Part shown: positions 18,002 to 29,351 of the stretch, one piece after another
Layout: the number at the start of each line of letters is the position of its first letter
Numbering within the stretch: the stretch's first letter is position 1
Assembly: GCA_963718665.1 (NCBI GenBank)
Contig: OY970359.1
Location: 2,336,001 to 2,400,000 of the forward strand
Length of the DNA: 64,000 nucleotides
Source: an uncultured Phycisphaerales bacterium
GTDB taxonomy: Bacteria > Planctomycetota > Phycisphaerae > Sedimentisphaerales > Anaerobacaceae
Direction of reading: 5' to 3'
Notes under the pieces: model-generated
Told to the model about the DNA's origin: nothing
Seen by the model: the letters and a program-made list of their open reading frames with translations, nothing else
Databases searched by the model: none
Program-made: the position numbers and the translations under genes

Positions 18002-19174
18002 TTATTTGGGCAACTGGTCCTCAGTCATCTCGCGCACCGTCAGGTCCGCGTATATGACGCGATACATCTGGCTGCCGGCAGGGCGATACCAGAATATCGG
18101 CATATCAGGGGTATTTATCTTCACACCGTTACCCGCATACCGCCACTTGCTCTCCTCTCTGGGCAGTTTGGCCACGAAAAGCAATGCATTGAACATCTGT
18201 TGAGGATTAGCCTTGTCCCACGTAGAGCCTTTGAGCTTGCCCTGTTTGGCCATTTCCATACAGACCTTGGCAAGCTCCGGTCCGGCTACCATCGGTGGGA
18301 AGGTCTCATCGGTATTTCCATTGGCCCACCATCCCAGGAAAGCGACAAATATCTCTTCCGTCTGGAGAGCATCATCGGCTTTCATCTCGGCGCCCATCGG
18401 CTTGTATCCTGCCGGAGGTGTCAAACTGAACAGCGAATCCTCCAGTTCAACATCGAATCTGATATTCTTTATTATCGTGTTCATGCCCGGGGCGCTGGCG
18501 TACTTGTGTTCCACTTGCACAAGGTCGCCGGATTTTGCGTCCAGCCAGATTATCGAGGTCAGGTCGCCTTGTGTCACTCTGTATCCTTCGCAGTCAATGC
18601 CGTCTATCTCCTTTGCTCCGAGGTTCTCATCCGCCTTTGCCGGCAGGTTCCTCATCGCCTCGAAAGATGCGAAGGGTCCGGAGTTACCTGTTGGCTTGAG
18701 GCTGTTTAAGTCGCCGATGGAATACCCGCCTTGCGGCACAATGGACATCGCCTTGCCGCTGTTGGCATCCAATATCACAACGTAACCGTCGATCGTTGTC
18801 GTTCGCAGGAAACCTGGCTCTTTGTATGCCACGTCCACTTTAATCGTTTCGCCAGTGCCGGTGTTGGCCTGCTTTATTACCGTGTATACTACCGTGCGGG
18901 CATTCTTTATCTCCTGCACAATCTGGGCATAGGCGTTGGTTCCTGTCAAAAAGTGAACGCATAACAGGCCGGCGACAACAATGACCGCCGCTGCCAATTT
19001 TGTTATTCTGCTCTTCATAATAATTCTCCATATATTCGCCTTCTCGTAAGGCGTTGGGATTCCTGTTTGTTCGTGTGCTTTCATTGCGTCGTCTAAAATC
19101 TGTTTTCGCAATTCGGCACCGGCTGAAAAATTCATTTTTTTTACTGAACTTTCTATCTTTTCTGACGGCCTCAT
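18002..19174 (-). CDS. Putative anti-sigma factor with LolA-like extracytoplasmic domain
   Basis: IWRIIMKSRITKLAAA + TM helix; LG.KEIDG..C.GY, WLD.KSG and F.L.PP.GY motifs; coupled to an ECF sigma. Confidence 0.75.
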   Translation of the reverse strand: MRPSEKIESSVKKMNFSAGAELRKQILDDAMKAHEQTGIPTPYEKANIWRIIMKSRITKLAAAVIVVAGLLCVHFLTGTNAYAQIVQEIKNARTVVYTVIKQANTGTGETIKVDVAYKEPGFLRTTTIDGYVVILDANSGKAMSIVPQGGYSIGDLNSLKPTGNSGPFASFEAMRNLPAKADENLGAKEIDGIDCEGYRVTQGDLTSIIWLDAKSGDLVQVEHKYASAPGMNTIIKNIRFDVELEDSLFSLTPPAGYKPMGAEMKADDALQTEEIFVAFLGWWANGNTDETFPPMVAGPELAKVCMEMAKQGKLKGSTWDKANPQQMFNALLFVAKLPREESKWRYAGNGVKINTPDMPIFWYRPAGSQMYRVIYADLTVREMTEDQLPK

Positions 19175-19710
19175 TTTTGCACCTCATCATTCAATATTGA
19201 CCGCAGTTTATCTAATCCGTATCGATATCGACCTTGAACGGTATTGATTGACACGCTCTGCAGAGCCGCTATTTCCCTGAATTTCATCCCGCCTTTCAAA
19301 TGCAGGACCACCGTCTCACGTTGTTCGTATGGCAGTTCCGCCAGAGCCCTGTTCAGCCAGTGCGATACCTCGTCGCTTATGACTGCCTGTTCAGGGCAGT
19401 CCGACTCACCAATCAAAGCATCTTCCTTTAATTCGACCGGCTGATGTCCGGCCCTGCGAATCTGGTCGCGTGCCTGATTTACTACACAAGTTGTCAAATA
19501 GCTCTTAAGGTTTCCCTGTTGGCCGAAACCCTGCCAGGAGGCCGCGAATCGAACAAATACGTCGTGCACGATGTCCTGGGCTGTATTGAAGTCGTTGGCA
19601 AACCCCACTGCCAAAGTCAGCAGATAGTCGAGATACTTCTCGTATATGCGGCAAAGCGCCTCCTTGCTGCCTTGCCTGAAACGCCATTTCAATATTTCAT
19701 CTTCTATCAT
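19171..19710 (-). CDS. ECF RNA polymerase sigma factor
   Basis: AQDIVHDVF region 2; LP.EQRE.V.L...F.EIA....S.NTV.GRYRY region 4. Confidence 0.92.
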   Translation of the reverse strand: MIEDEILKWRFRQGSKEALCRIYEKYLDYLLTLAVGFANDFNTAQDIVHDVFVRFAASWQGFGQQGNLKSYLTTCVVNQARDQIRRAGHQPVELKEDALIGESDCPEQAVISDEVSHWLNRALAELPYEQRETVVLHLKGGMKFREIAALQSVSINTVQGRYRYGLDKLRSILNDEVQK

Positions 19711-19810
19711 CTGGTTCCGGTCTAAACCTTTTTAACGGCCGTCATTCACTAATAACACGGTTGCACTATATGTTTTAGTATAGGCAAAATAACATTTTTA
19801 GGAAGCGCAT

Positions 19811-19844
19811 AAAAAAAACGCCGTCGGGTATTCACTCGACGGCA
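19811..19844 (-). terminator. Intrinsic terminator
   Basis: GCCGTCGGGT/ACTCGACGGC stem followed by a T-run on the minus strand. Confidence 0.7.
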
Positions 19845-19868
19845 TGTGTATTTCAGCGGTTGCCTGAA

Positions 19869-21479
19869 TTATTTGACCTGGTAATCCTTGGCTGGTATCA
19901 GCGAATTGGTAAGACCGTCCAATTCCTCTTTCGTCAACTGCCCGTTTACTGCGATTATCAGAATCGTTCCGGAAGGCGACTCAACGATATAGCCGCTGCG
20001 GTTCGCTGCCGGTTCGATACCGGAGCTGCGAAGCGTGAGGTCCGTCCACCATGCTACCGAACCAGCATTTGCCCATACCTTGTAACCATTCGGGTAAACC
20101 GTTTTCTCTACCGTCTTTCCACTCGCTTCTATCTGCTTGTTCATCGAAGCCATAAACTTGTTGTGCGTTTCGGATTGTGCAAGGATTACATGTCGATTGT
20201 CTTGTGCCTTGTAGATTATCACGAACATTCGCTTCGGTGCGCTCATTGTGTCAAGCACGTCCACAATAATCCGCTGCTGTGTCCAGTTCGGGTCGGTCGC
20301 GAATATATGCGTCTCGAATGAAGACCGCTCGACCATATCCCGCACGGAAATATTTGGGATTGCAGCATCGGAGGCAACCGTTACCGCGCTGGGTGTTTGA
20401 CCGGCCAGCTCTTTGTTGCTCAACTCGCCAAGGTTCCACGAAAACTCCGGTTTCTCAACCGACTCGCTTAGGACCCTTCGGACGATAACCTGCGGCTTTC
20501 CATTGGTGATATAATCTATCTCGGCGACAATCTCATCGCTCTGCCGGACCTTGAACAGGTAATATGTGTTCAGTTCGCCGGTATAGCTGGTAAAGCCGGC
20601 TTTATATACGGTTACTTTTGTCCCGTCTGCCAGAACATCGTTTGTAACCGCCTGCACCGGCTGCCGAAGGCATTTTTCATCGAGGCACTGCTGGACCCCT
20701 GCCGTCAAACCAAGAAATTCAGCCGGATTGTCCGGCGCCTTGAAATTCGCCGTGACGGCTTCACTCTTAACTTTTATCGTTCCGTTATCCATCGACTCGG
20801 ACTGATATACGAAGCTACCGTCGTAGGAGTTGGCGAAGATGATATTGCCGTCTGTTTCCATAACACGCGCGAAACGTCCCGTTGCAGAGTCATACCACGA
20901 GTCGTCCTGGATAGTATAGGCCTGCTGCGAACCTTCAGAGAGCTTAATCCGGTTCGTCCCGGTCCACCCGTTGGCCTGCAGCGAAGATATCGGCAGCCAG
21001 GTTACCATCCACTGCCCCAGTATTTCATGATTTATTTTGTTTACTTCTTCGGCGGACTTCTTTGTATCGCCCAGCTTTTCGATAAGTTCCGCCCCTTTGT
21101 TGCTGGTCGGATAAACCGTAATCTCGCTGACTAAATGCACAATCCCGGTTTTGGCAAACAGCGACTTTTCCGCTGCCTGCGCCTTTGCCAGTAATTCCAG
21201 GGATGTTATTGGTGCCGTTACATCATGGTGAAATATCGCCCAGCTTGCAATTCCCACGACAGCTATTACTGCTGCCGCCGCTATTAATCTCATTGATCTG
21301 TTTTGCATAATCGCTCTCCAAACCCCGGTTTGACGGGATTGTTTTTCCTGTTGCCATTGGCGTCGTGCAAAAGCAGCCAGCAGTTCCTGTTCGAGCTTAT
21401 CTCTGTGACGGTAATCCGGTTTGTCGTCGAATGTCATCTTGTTCATAAGTTCTTCAAATTTTCTTTCATTAGGATTCAT
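19869..21479 (-). CDS. Putative membrane-anchored anti-sigma factor
   Basis: HRD.LE.ELL.AF...WR.IM + TM helix + large extracytoplasmic domain; overlaps the ECF stop codon. Confidence 0.7.
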   Translation of the reverse strand: MNPNERKFEELMNKMTFDDKPDYRHRDKLEQELLAAFARRQWQQEKQSRQTGVWRAIMQNRSMRLIAAAAVIAVVGIASWAIFHHDVTAPITSLELLAKAQAAEKSLFAKTGIVHLVSEITVYPTSNKGAELIEKLGDTKKSAEEVNKINHEILGQWMVTWLPISSLQANGWTGTNRIKLSEGSQQAYTIQDDSWYDSATGRFARVMETDGNIIFANSYDGSFVYQSESMDNGTIKVKSEAVTANFKAPDNPAEFLGLTAGVQQCLDEKCLRQPVQAVTNDVLADGTKVTVYKAGFTSYTGELNTYYLFKVRQSDEIVAEIDYITNGKPQVIVRRVLSESVEKPEFSWNLGELSNKELAGQTPSAVTVASDAAIPNISVRDMVERSSFETHIFATDPNWTQQRIIVDVLDTMSAPKRMFVIIYKAQDNRHVILAQSETHNKFMASMNKQIEASGKTVEKTVYPNGYKVWANAGSVAWWTDLTLRSSGIEPAANRSGYIVESPSGTILIIAVNGQLTKEELDGLTNSLIPAKDYQVK

Positions 21480-22108
21480 AGTGTCACCTCCTGCCCGTCA
21501 ATTTGGGCTGAAGAGATATGCTTTCGCAGTTTTTCCATTGCCCGCGATAACTGACTGCGGACCGTGCCGGCGCTTGTGCCGACTACCTCGGCGATTTCCT
21601 CTGTTTTCATGTTCTCAAAAAAACGCATTGTGACGATAGCTTGTTCTTCCGGCTTTAGCGTGAGCAACGCCTTTTTGATGACGGCCTGATTACCCTGCGA
21701 CTCGTCAGCCGCAGTGACCTCATCGACACTGTTTTTACTCGACCCCCACCGTACCCAGGTCAATATTGCGCTTCGGCGGGTGGTCTTTCTCAAGTGTTCG
21801 TTGACGGCGTTCGTCGCTATCCGGTAAAGCCAGTTCCGGAATTGTTTCTCGTTGCCGTCAAATGTCTGGAAGTTCTCCACCATTTTCAGGAAAACTTCCG
21901 ACGTGATGTCCTCTGCAGTGGTTCTCTCAAAGAGCCGGTGTGCACAATACCTGAAAATAGCGTCGTAGTGACGTAAATATAACCTTGTGAAGGCCCCGGG
22001 GTCACTTTTCGCCTGCGTCATCGGGTCCGGCTCGAAGCTAAAACCACTGAGTTCACTTATACCCATCATTTTGCTCTCTAAATCGAATTGTAAATTTCTT
22101 GCTATCAT
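21476..22108 (-). CDS. ECF RNA polymerase sigma factor (true start may be downstream)
   Basis: AEDITSEVF, WLYRIATN and EEIAEV.G...GTVRSQLSR motifs. Confidence 0.92.
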   Translation of the reverse strand: MIARNLQFDLESKMMGISELSGFSFEPDPMTQAKSDPGAFTRLYLRHYDAIFRYCAHRLFERTTAEDITSEVFLKMVENFQTFDGNEKQFRNWLYRIATNAVNEHLRKTTRRSAILTWVRWGSSKNSVDEVTAADESQGNQAVIKKALLTLKPEEQAIVTMRFFENMKTEEIAEVVGTSAGTVRSQLSRAMEKLRKHISSAQIDGQEVTL

Positions 22109-22210
22109 CGCAATTATAAATGCGCGGCTGCCTAAAACGCGGCAGTATTTTTTTTTGAAATCTAATAGTCTCCGGAGAAATAGGGGCGTAAGTGCTTATA
22201 TGGCAGGGGG

Positions 22211-22942
22211 TTATAGCTGTGCTTCGAGGTCAATTATTTTCGCTGTCGATATCCTTTTTTTTATGATTTCACCTGCCAAATCGACCCATTTGCCGCATTC
22301 ATCCAAAACGACGCTGTCACTGCTTGCGACTATTTTTCCGCCTTTTATCAACACTGCATCCGGGCTTGTAACAAGGTCTATTTCCCATTTCCAGTTGCTC
22401 TTTTCCGCAAGTTCACGAAGAAGAGTTTTTAATCGTCCGCTGTTTGAAACAGGGCTATCCAACAGCCATAATGCTTCGCTGATGCCGGTTTGTTGCAGAA
22501 ATCCGCCTATAAGTTCGATGGCGGGTAGCGTCTCGCTGACCTTGCGATATGTCCCGTGAATGCTCGCCAAATCCCTGCAGCACCCGTCCCGCCCTCTGAA
22601 AATCAGCCCGCCGCTCATTGCCGCTTCAATCGTTATCAAAACATTATACCCGTCAATCGCGATTACTTGCGCCGCAATCTTGCTGATTTCAAGTTGTCGG
22701 CTCTTGCGGCTTGCCCGCTGCTCATCCGAGCACGCACTTCGCATCATCGCTAATCGCTGTCTCTCGGTCAGTGTGAATCGGTCGCCCACAAGCTTCAGCG
22801 AACTTTTTTCAGCGTACCCCTTGTTCAGCAAAAGCGAATAATCCGCGACCGCGCATCGAATGTTAGGTATCCTGTCAGCCGCAAACAGCGTTGCGTCGGA
22901 AGGGTGCTGTCCCCTGTGTGCCCGTTTGTCAGGCATAAACAC
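22211..22942 (-). CDS. DUF434 domain protein
   Basis: LL.KGY...SLKLVGDRF.L..RQR, IDGYNVLIT.E, DG..RDLA and PVSNSG motifs. Confidence 0.85.
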   Translation of the reverse strand: MFMPDKRAHRGQHPSDATLFAADRIPNIRCAVADYSLLLNKGYAEKSSLKLVGDRFTLTERQRLAMMRSACSDEQRASRKSRQLEISKIAAQVIAIDGYNVLITIEAAMSGGLIFRGRDGCCRDLASIHGTYRKVSETLPAIELIGGFLQQTGISEALWLLDSPVSNSGRLKTLLRELAEKSNWKWEIDLVTSPDAVLIKGGKIVASSDSVVLDECGKWVDLAGEIIKKRISTAKIIDLEAQL

Positions 22943-22972
22943 ATTTCCTGTTTTATGCTGATTCTGTTTTTA

Positions 22973-25036
22973 TTATTTTGGCTTATCTTCCTGAAGTTGT
23001 TTGGCTTTTTCGAAGCACAAATTCGCATCCTTGGTATTGTTTATCGCCGAATACACCTGGCCAAGATGTGAATACGTCTGTGCCGAATCGCCATTTTCTG
23101 ACAGGTCCGCCCGCAGCAGCTTTATAGATTCCTCGAATTGTCTCGAAGCCCCTTCGTTGTTGCTGGTTTTGTTCAAAGCAATCCCAAGATAGTAATGAAG
23201 CATTGCCGTTAGGGGCTTGTTTGACTTTATGTCATTTTCCGCCAGCACCGAATCCAGCGCTCTGACGGCTTCCTGCCACTTATTGTGGTCTGCTAAAATC
23301 TTCCACATCGAAAAATTTGCTTTCGCCGACAGCGCGGGGCAAAGTTTAATCGCCATTCGATATCTTTCGACGGCTTCTTCCCATTTGCCGGTCTCGTTCA
23401 GTTTTTCTGCCTTCGTGATATACCTATCAGCTATTGATACTGCTGATGTCGCTCGAACAACGGGCGTCATAAGATTTTCTACGGGGGCATAATCGTCATT
23501 AAGAGCAATCCAGTCCGCTTTTTCCCCGAACGCAGCAAGGTCATTTTCATCACGTATTATCAGTTCTGCGTCCGCAAGGTTCTCTTCTGTATTAATTTTT
23601 TCAAGATTTAGCGGTCTTTTACTCGCTATCACTATGAAATTAGCCGGCAAATCATAGTCGCTCTGTCTGGTCACCACGTAAATATACGGGAAGGTCTCCT
23701 TTATGGTCTCTACGAAACTGGCGACAACTTTACCTCCTTCGTGCATATCAATTATATTCGTCAGATACACGCCGTCCGCCGCCAGTATATCGGAAATTTT
23801 TTCGTTGAACTGCCGCGTTATTAATTGGAAAGGCACCGACAAATCGCTGAACGCGTCCATATACACAAAATCATATTGCGGTATCTCTTGACCCAGGCGT
23901 TTCTTTTCCAGCAATTTGTCAACGTAGTTGCGGCCATCAAGGTTAATCGTCCGGATAGGCGTATCGCGAGGCAGTCCGAACGCTCGTATCGCCGTCTCGG
24001 TTACCGTCGGGTCTATTTCCGCCACGTCCACGCTGCTGCCGGGCCATAAGTCCAGGATGTATCGCGGGAAAACATATCCGCCGCCTCCTATCGACAGCGT
24101 GCAAAGTTTTTCTTTCCCGGCTGCGGCCCTGCGGGTTACTGCCCCGTAAACCCGAACATAGAAAAACCGCAGGTCGCGAATCTTATCCATTATTATCTGG
24201 CTATGACTTTTAATGTTGTCTATGACAAACTGTCGCTCATCCGGCTGCTTACGCAGTTGTTGAACCGCTACATAGCTGTATTGGCTCTCGGTTTCATACA
24301 GCGTATCCGGCTCTCGCGGCTGCCTCAGTGAAATTGCCGAGCCGATATATTGTGCCTGTTTCAAATTTATTGTTCCTGCCGCCGCCAGAAAAACAACCAT
24401 AACGGAATACATATACATCCACACGGCTCTCGGCTGGTATATCAGGGCGATTACCAGCAGGATTCCTGCCGTTACCCACAGCGTATCGACAGTCCCGATT
24501 GTCCCGATAAGCCAGAAGCCCGCGAGGAATGTCCCAAGTATGCTCCCGGCCGCGCCAAGCGCATACATCCTGCCCACTGTCCGCCCGCTGTCCTGCCTTG
24601 ATTGCAGCGCCATCTTCACCGCCAGGGGACTGACAGCGCCCATAAGCATCGATGGAATAAAAAACACAATCGCGATATGGCACAGCACTCGTTGCGCCAT
24701 TTCCATACGCCACAAAAAAGTCCACCCGCCCATAAGATTGTTCAGGATTATGGCGGCGATACAGGCCCCCGATGATGCCGCGAGCAGCAGGCCTACGGTT
24801 TTTCTTGTCGCAAATGAATCCGCCAGCCGGCCGCCAAGATAATACCCGAGCGTAATTCCCCCGAGTATAACGCCTATAACAGCCGTCCACGTGTAAAGCG
24901 ACGAGCCGATATGTCTCGCCGCCAGCCGGCCCGCGACAATCTCTGTCATCATAACGCAGGCGCTTGCTAAAAATATCGTCGCTCCCGGTACGGCGCTCGA
25001 TGTAAATGCCCTTTGTTTTGTATTCGCTTCGTTCAT
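22973..25036 (-). CDS. Fused MFS-like / spermidine synthase family protein with TPR tail
   Basis: N-terminal TMs (E.VAGR..A...GSSLYTW), IGGGGY..P, EIDP and DAF motifs, C-terminal TPRs. Confidence 0.88.
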   Translation of the reverse strand: MNEANTKQRAFTSSAVPGATIFLASACVMMTEIVAGRLAARHIGSSLYTWTAVIGVILGGITLGYYLGGRLADSFATRKTVGLLLAASSGACIAAIILNNLMGGWTFLWRMEMAQRVLCHIAIVFFIPSMLMGAVSPLAVKMALQSRQDSGRTVGRMYALGAAGSILGTFLAGFWLIGTIGTVDTLWVTAGILLVIALIYQPRAVWMYMYSVMVVFLAAAGTINLKQAQYIGSAISLRQPREPDTLYETESQYSYVAVQQLRKQPDERQFVIDNIKSHSQIIMDKIRDLRFFYVRVYGAVTRRAAAGKEKLCTLSIGGGGYVFPRYILDLWPGSSVDVAEIDPTVTETAIRAFGLPRDTPIRTINLDGRNYVDKLLEKKRLGQEIPQYDFVYMDAFSDLSVPFQLITRQFNEKISDILAADGVYLTNIIDMHEGGKVVASFVETIKETFPYIYVVTRQSDYDLPANFIVIASKRPLNLEKINTEENLADAELIIRDENDLAAFGEKADWIALNDDYAPVENLMTPVVRATSAVSIADRYITKAEKLNETGKWEEAVERYRMAIKLCPALSAKANFSMWKILADHNKWQEAVRALDSVLAENDIKSNKPLTAMLHYYLGIALNKTSNNEGASRQFEESIKLLRADLSENGDSAQTYSHLGQVYSAINNTKDANLCFEKAKQLQEDKPK

Positions 25037-25155
25037 CTGGACGGTGGCTTATTATTCCCTGTGCCTTTTCGTTAAGGTTGCTTATCAATCCGTTAGCCGT
25101 TACAATTATCATTTATCGATTATCAATAATCAATGCGTTATTTCAGAAAGACACG

Positions 25156-26016
25156 ATGCCGAGCCATAACTTAGCGAAGATTACGATAGATGACCTGGAT
25201 ATAATCGGCTATTCGATTGCCGGCGAAGAAACCGTTGTCGCTATGCCTCAGCTCGACGTCTGCTTCGATATCGGCAAGGCCCCAGACCAGATTATACCAA
25301 TAAATCACGTTCTGCTCACCCACGGCCACATGGACCACGCCGCCGGTATCGCTTATTACCTCTCTCATCGCAATTTCTGCGGACAAGCTGCCGGCACAAT
25401 TGTCGCCCCAGAAAATCTCCTGCCTCCCATTAAAGACATCATCGACGCGTGGGCTCGCCTTGACGGCAACAACCTTCCCGCCAATCTCGTAGGCGTTAAG
25501 CCAGGCGACGAGTTCCAGATAAAACCGAACCTGGTCGCCCGCGTATTCCCCACAAAGCACAGCAGGGGATCTGTCGGTTTCACCGTAATAGAAAAACGAA
25601 AAAAAATAAAACAGGAATTTGCCAATCTCTCAGGCCCGCAGATTGTCGAATTGAAAAAGCAGGGCGTGGAAATCGATAATCCCCTTGAAATCCCGATTGT
25701 AACTTACCTCGGCGACACACAGTACGTCGATTTCTCACAACTTAAATACATTGCCGAAAGCAAAATTCTAATCGCCGAATGTACTTTTTACGTTGACGAA
25801 CACGCCGACAGGGCTCACGCCGGCAGACATATGCACATCGATGAATTTGTGAAATTGGTTACTGAGCTTAACAACCAGCATATAATCATCACACACACCA
25901 CCCAGCGAACGCCTATGAGCCAGATTCGCAAAATACTCAAAAGCCAGATACCCGCAGACCGCTTCGACAGAATCATCCTCCTGATGGACAGTGGAAAAAA
26001 CAGAACTGTCTCATAG
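25156..26016 (+). CDS. MBL-fold hydrolase, RNase Z (TM-type)-like
   Basis: SIAGEET, THGHMDH, GDT, ECTF and H.H motifs. Confidence 0.85.
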   Translation: MPSHNLAKITIDDLDIIGYSIAGEETVVAMPQLDVCFDIGKAPDQIIPINHVLLTHGHMDHAAGIAYYLSHRNFCGQAAGTIVAPENLLPPIKDIIDAWARLDGNNLPANLVGVKPGDEFQIKPNLVARVFPTKHSRGSVGFTVIEKRKKIKQEFANLSGPQIVELKKQGVEIDNPLEIPIVTYLGDTQYVDFSQLKYIAESKILIAECTFYVDEHADRAHAGRHMHIDEFVKLVTELNNQHIIITHTTQRTPMSQIRKILKSQIPADRFDRIILLMDSGKNRTVS

Positions 26017-26201
26017 TAATAATATCAGCCAACTGTTGCCTGTTTCTCACAGACCTGCTAAAAATCAGGCCTGCTATCGGAGAAAAAGGGGCAGGAGTCG
26101 TTTTTCTGTTTTGGGGCGTGATAAACGTTTTTTGCTTGCGTTATGAGCCGGTTTGGGTAGATTTTAGGGTGATAGTTAAATAATTTTCAGGAGGCCTGGT
26201 T

Positions 26202-26996
26202 ATGATAGGCAAAAGCGTTCGTTTAGAGAGAATAATCGACCGCAACAGCGGCAAGACAGTCATCATCCCGATGGACCACGGCGTGACTGTTGGTCCCATT
26301 AAAGGGCTTGTGAACCTGCGGGATGCAGTAAGTAAGGTTGTGGCGGGCGGCGCTAACGCGGTGCTGATGCACAAGGGGTCGCCCCGGTTTTGCCATCGCG
26401 GCAGCGGCAAGGACGTCGGGCTTATCATACACCTTTCCGCGGGCACGACCCTTAGCCCTGACCCCAATGCCAAAGAGCTTGCCTGCACGGTTGAGGAGGC
26501 GCTGAAACTCGGGGCAGACGGTGTATCGGTGCATATCAATCTCGGAGCGGATACCGACAAGGAAATGCTTAAGCAGCTCGGATACGTTGGGGAACGATGT
26601 ATGGAATGGCAGATGCCGCTCTTGGCGATGATGTACACACGCGGGCCGAAGATAAAAAACGAATATGATGTCAATAATACCAAGCACGCGGCAAGGGTGG
26701 CTGCGGAACTCGGCGCGGATATCGTCAAGGTGGTTTATACGGGCAGCCCGGAGAGTTTCGCAGAGGTGGTCGAGGGGTGTCATTTGCCTGTGCTGATTGC
26801 GGGCGGCGAGAAGATGGAGACAGACGAGCAGATTGTGAAAATGATAGAAGGGGCATTGAAGGCGGGAGCGGCGGGGCTGTCGATAGGACGTAACGTGTTC
26901 CAGCACAAGGACCCCACGAAAATAGTTTCAGTTTTCAGCAAAATGGTGCACAAAGGCCTCTCAACGGCTGATGCATTGAAGATGCTGAAAGAATAG
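26202..26996 (+). CDS. aroA': 2-amino-3,7-dideoxy-D-threo-hept-6-ulosonate synthase / DhnA-type aldolase, copy 1
   Basis: [23 protein letters not shown] and IGRN motifs; upstream of aroB'. Confidence 0.85.
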   Translation: MIGKSVRLERIIDRNSGKTVIIPMDHGVTVGPIKGLVNLRDAVSKVVAGGANAVLMHKGSPRFCHRGSGKDVGLIIHLSAGTTLSPDPNAKELACTVEEALKLGADGVSVHINLGADTDKEMLKQLGYVGERCMEWQMPLLAMMYTRGPKIKNEYDVNNTKHAARVAAELGADIVKVVYTGSPESFAEVVEGCHLPVLIAGGEKMETDEQIVKMIEGALKAGAAGLSIGRNVFQHKDPTKIVSVFSKMVHKGLSTADALKMLKE

Positions 26997-27029
26997 GGGA
27001 AAAGGGGTCAGGCCCCTGGAGATTTGATT

Positions 27030-27833
27030 ATGATAGGCAAGAAGATACGATTAGAAAGAATAATTGACCGCAACAGCGGCAAAACTGTAATTATCCCGAT
27101 GGATCACGGCGTGACCGTAGGACCTATTCCAGGCCTGGAAGATATGCGTGAGGCGGTAAGCAGCGTCGTGGCGGGCGGGGCAAACGCAATTTTGATGCAC
27201 AAGGGAATCGTGGGTGCGGGCCACCGGGGCACCGGCAAAGACGTGGGGCTGATTATTCACCTTTCGGGAGGCACAACGCTTAGCCCGGACCCAAATGCCA
27301 AAAAACTCGTCTGCACGGTTGAAGAGGCGATACAACTGGGGGCCGACGCGGTTTCGGTGCATATAAACCTGGGCGCTGAGACCGATAAGGATATGCTTGG
27401 CCAGCTCGGCTTTATTAGCAAAAGGTGTATGCAATGGCAGATGCCGCTTGTGGCGATGATGTACACACGCGGAGATAAGATTAAAAGTGAATTTGACGTT
27501 ACTTATGTTAAACACGCAGCCAGAGTCGGCGCGGAGTTGGGCGCTGATATAGTTAAAGTTCCCTATACCGGCAGTATTGCGAGTTTCAAAGAAGTCGTCA
27601 GGGGTTGCCCTGTGCCTGTTGTGATAGCGGGCGGGCCTAAGATGGAAAGCGATGAAGACATATTCAATATGGTTGAGGGGGCGTTGAAGGCCGGTGCTGC
27701 TGGGGTATCGATTGGCAGAAACGCCTTCCAGCACAAGCACCCTGAAAGAATGGTTGCCGCGTTGTGCAAAATGGTCCACGAAGGCGCAAGCGTCAAAGAA
27801 GCGATGAAAATGCTGCGGGTGAAATCGAAATGA
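27030..27833 (+). CDS. aroA': ADH synthase / DhnA-type aldolase, copy 2
   Basis: Same motifs; close paralog of copy 1. Confidence 0.85.
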   Translation: MIGKKIRLERIIDRNSGKTVIIPMDHGVTVGPIPGLEDMREAVSSVVAGGANAILMHKGIVGAGHRGTGKDVGLIIHLSGGTTLSPDPNAKKLVCTVEEAIQLGADAVSVHINLGAETDKDMLGQLGFISKRCMQWQMPLVAMMYTRGDKIKSEFDVTYVKHAARVGAELGADIVKVPYTGSIASFKEVVRGCPVPVVIAGGPKMESDEDIFNMVEGALKAGAAGVSIGRNAFQHKHPERMVAALCKMVHEGASVKEAMKMLRVKSK

Positions 27834-28825
27834 AAAAACTTTGGGTAAATGCGACACCGTATGAGAAGAAGATAGTAACGACCGCGTTGGAAAGCGGGGC
27901 GGAGGCGGTGGTGCTACCGGAAGGCAAAGCAGAGACGGTGCGGCAATTGGGCAAAATCAAAATCGTCGCTAAAGACGGCGATATCGTCCCCGGCAAAGAT
28001 GTTGAATTTGTCGATATAAAGGGCAAGGCAGACGAAGACAGGGCGGCGGCGGTTCCGGCAGAAAAAATAGTCGTATTGCGTATGCTGGACTGGACGATTA
28101 TCCCGATTGAAAACCTGCTTGCCAGACGCGGCAAGAACATAATGGTGCAGGTGGCCGACGGCAAACAGGCGAAACTGATGGCCGAGATACTGGAAAAGGG
28201 CGTTGACGGGGTTGTTTTGAATACGACGGACGTCAATGAGATTAAAAAGACGGCTGATATTTTGCAGGGTATAGGCGAAAAGATTGAGCTTGTAATCGCG
28301 ACGATAAAAACCGTCAAGCAACTTGGTATGGGCGACCGGGCGTGCCTTGATACCTGCACGCAGATGTCACCGGGCGAGGGAATGCTGGTGGGCAATACCG
28401 CATCGGGGTTCTTCTTAGTTCATTCGGAATCGATTGAGAATCCGTATGTCGCTGCCAGACCCTTCCGCGTAAATGCAGGCGCGGTTCACGCATATACGCT
28501 TGCGCCGGGCGGCGGCACAAAGTATCTTGCTGACCTCAAGGCGGGCGATGAGGTGTTGATTGTAGATTGCAAAGGCAAGGGGCAGGTGGCATATCTGGGC
28601 AGGAACAAGATTGAGAAACGCCCGATGATGCTTATCGAAGCCCAAGCCCAGGGCGTTTCGATAACGCTTGTATTACAGAATGCTGAGACGATTCGATTGG
28701 TCAGCCCTGAAGGTAACCCCATCTCGATTACCTCGCTAAAGCCGGGCGATAAGGTGTTTGCCCATATTGAAAAGGGCGGCAGGCACTTCGGTATGAAGGT
28801 TGACGAAACACTTATAGAGAGGTAA
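27830..28825 (+). CDS. aroB': 3-dehydroquinate synthase II
   Basis: [39 protein letters not shown] and GRHFG motifs. Confidence 0.95.
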   Translation: MKKLWVNATPYEKKIVTTALESGAEAVVLPEGKAETVRQLGKIKIVAKDGDIVPGKDVEFVDIKGKADEDRAAAVPAEKIVVLRMLDWTIIPIENLLARRGKNIMVQVADGKQAKLMAEILEKGVDGVVLNTTDVNEIKKTADILQGIGEKIELVIATIKTVKQLGMGDRACLDTCTQMSPGEGMLVGNTASGFFLVHSESIENPYVAARPFRVNAGAVHAYTLAPGGGTKYLADLKAGDEVLIVDCKGKGQVAYLGRNKIEKRPMMLIEAQAQGVSITLVLQNAETIRLVSPEGNPISITSLKPGDKVFAHIEKGGRHFGMKVDETLIER

Positions 28826-28827
28826 CT

Positions 28828-29265
28828 ATGGACTGGAATCACGATATAATTCCTGCGCTTCTGGCGATTGGATGCGGAGCAGTCATCGGTCTTGAACGCC
28901 AGTTTAAGCACAAACCCGCGGGGCTTCGCACAAACATTATGATATGCCTCGGTGCGGCGGTCTTTACCTTAATCTCAGAAAGGATGGCTTTGGATAGCCA
29001 TGATTCGGTTACGCGAATTGCCTCAGGGATAGTTACAGGCGTCGGCTTTCTCGGCGCAGGCGCGGTCATACAGGACAGGGGAGGCATTCACGGTCTGACG
29101 ACCGCGGCGACGATATGGCTGGTGGCGAGTATCGGTATGGCCTGCGGCGCAAGGTTGTATTACCTGGCGGTTATTACAACGTTTCTTGCATTAGTGGTAC
29201 TGATTGGTCTGGGGCGTGTGGACAAATACTTAGGCCACAGCGACGAACAACACAAGGGCCACTAA
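28828..29265 (+). CDS. MgtC/SapB family protein
   Basis: GLER....PAGLRT, GVGFLGAG and GLTTAA.IW motifs. Confidence 0.93.
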   Translation: MDWNHDIIPALLAIGCGAVIGLERQFKHKPAGLRTNIMICLGAAVFTLISERMALDSHDSVTRIASGIVTGVGFLGAGAVIQDRGGIHGLTTAATIWLVASIGMACGARLYYLAVITTFLALVVLIGLGRVDKYLGHSDEQHKGH

Positions 29266-29351
29266 CAAAACCGGTCTTATTGGCCGGCGGTAAGCGTCGC
29301 ATCATTCCGATTGTCCGGTTCATTTCTGTAACGATGGTTTGATTTGCTTGC

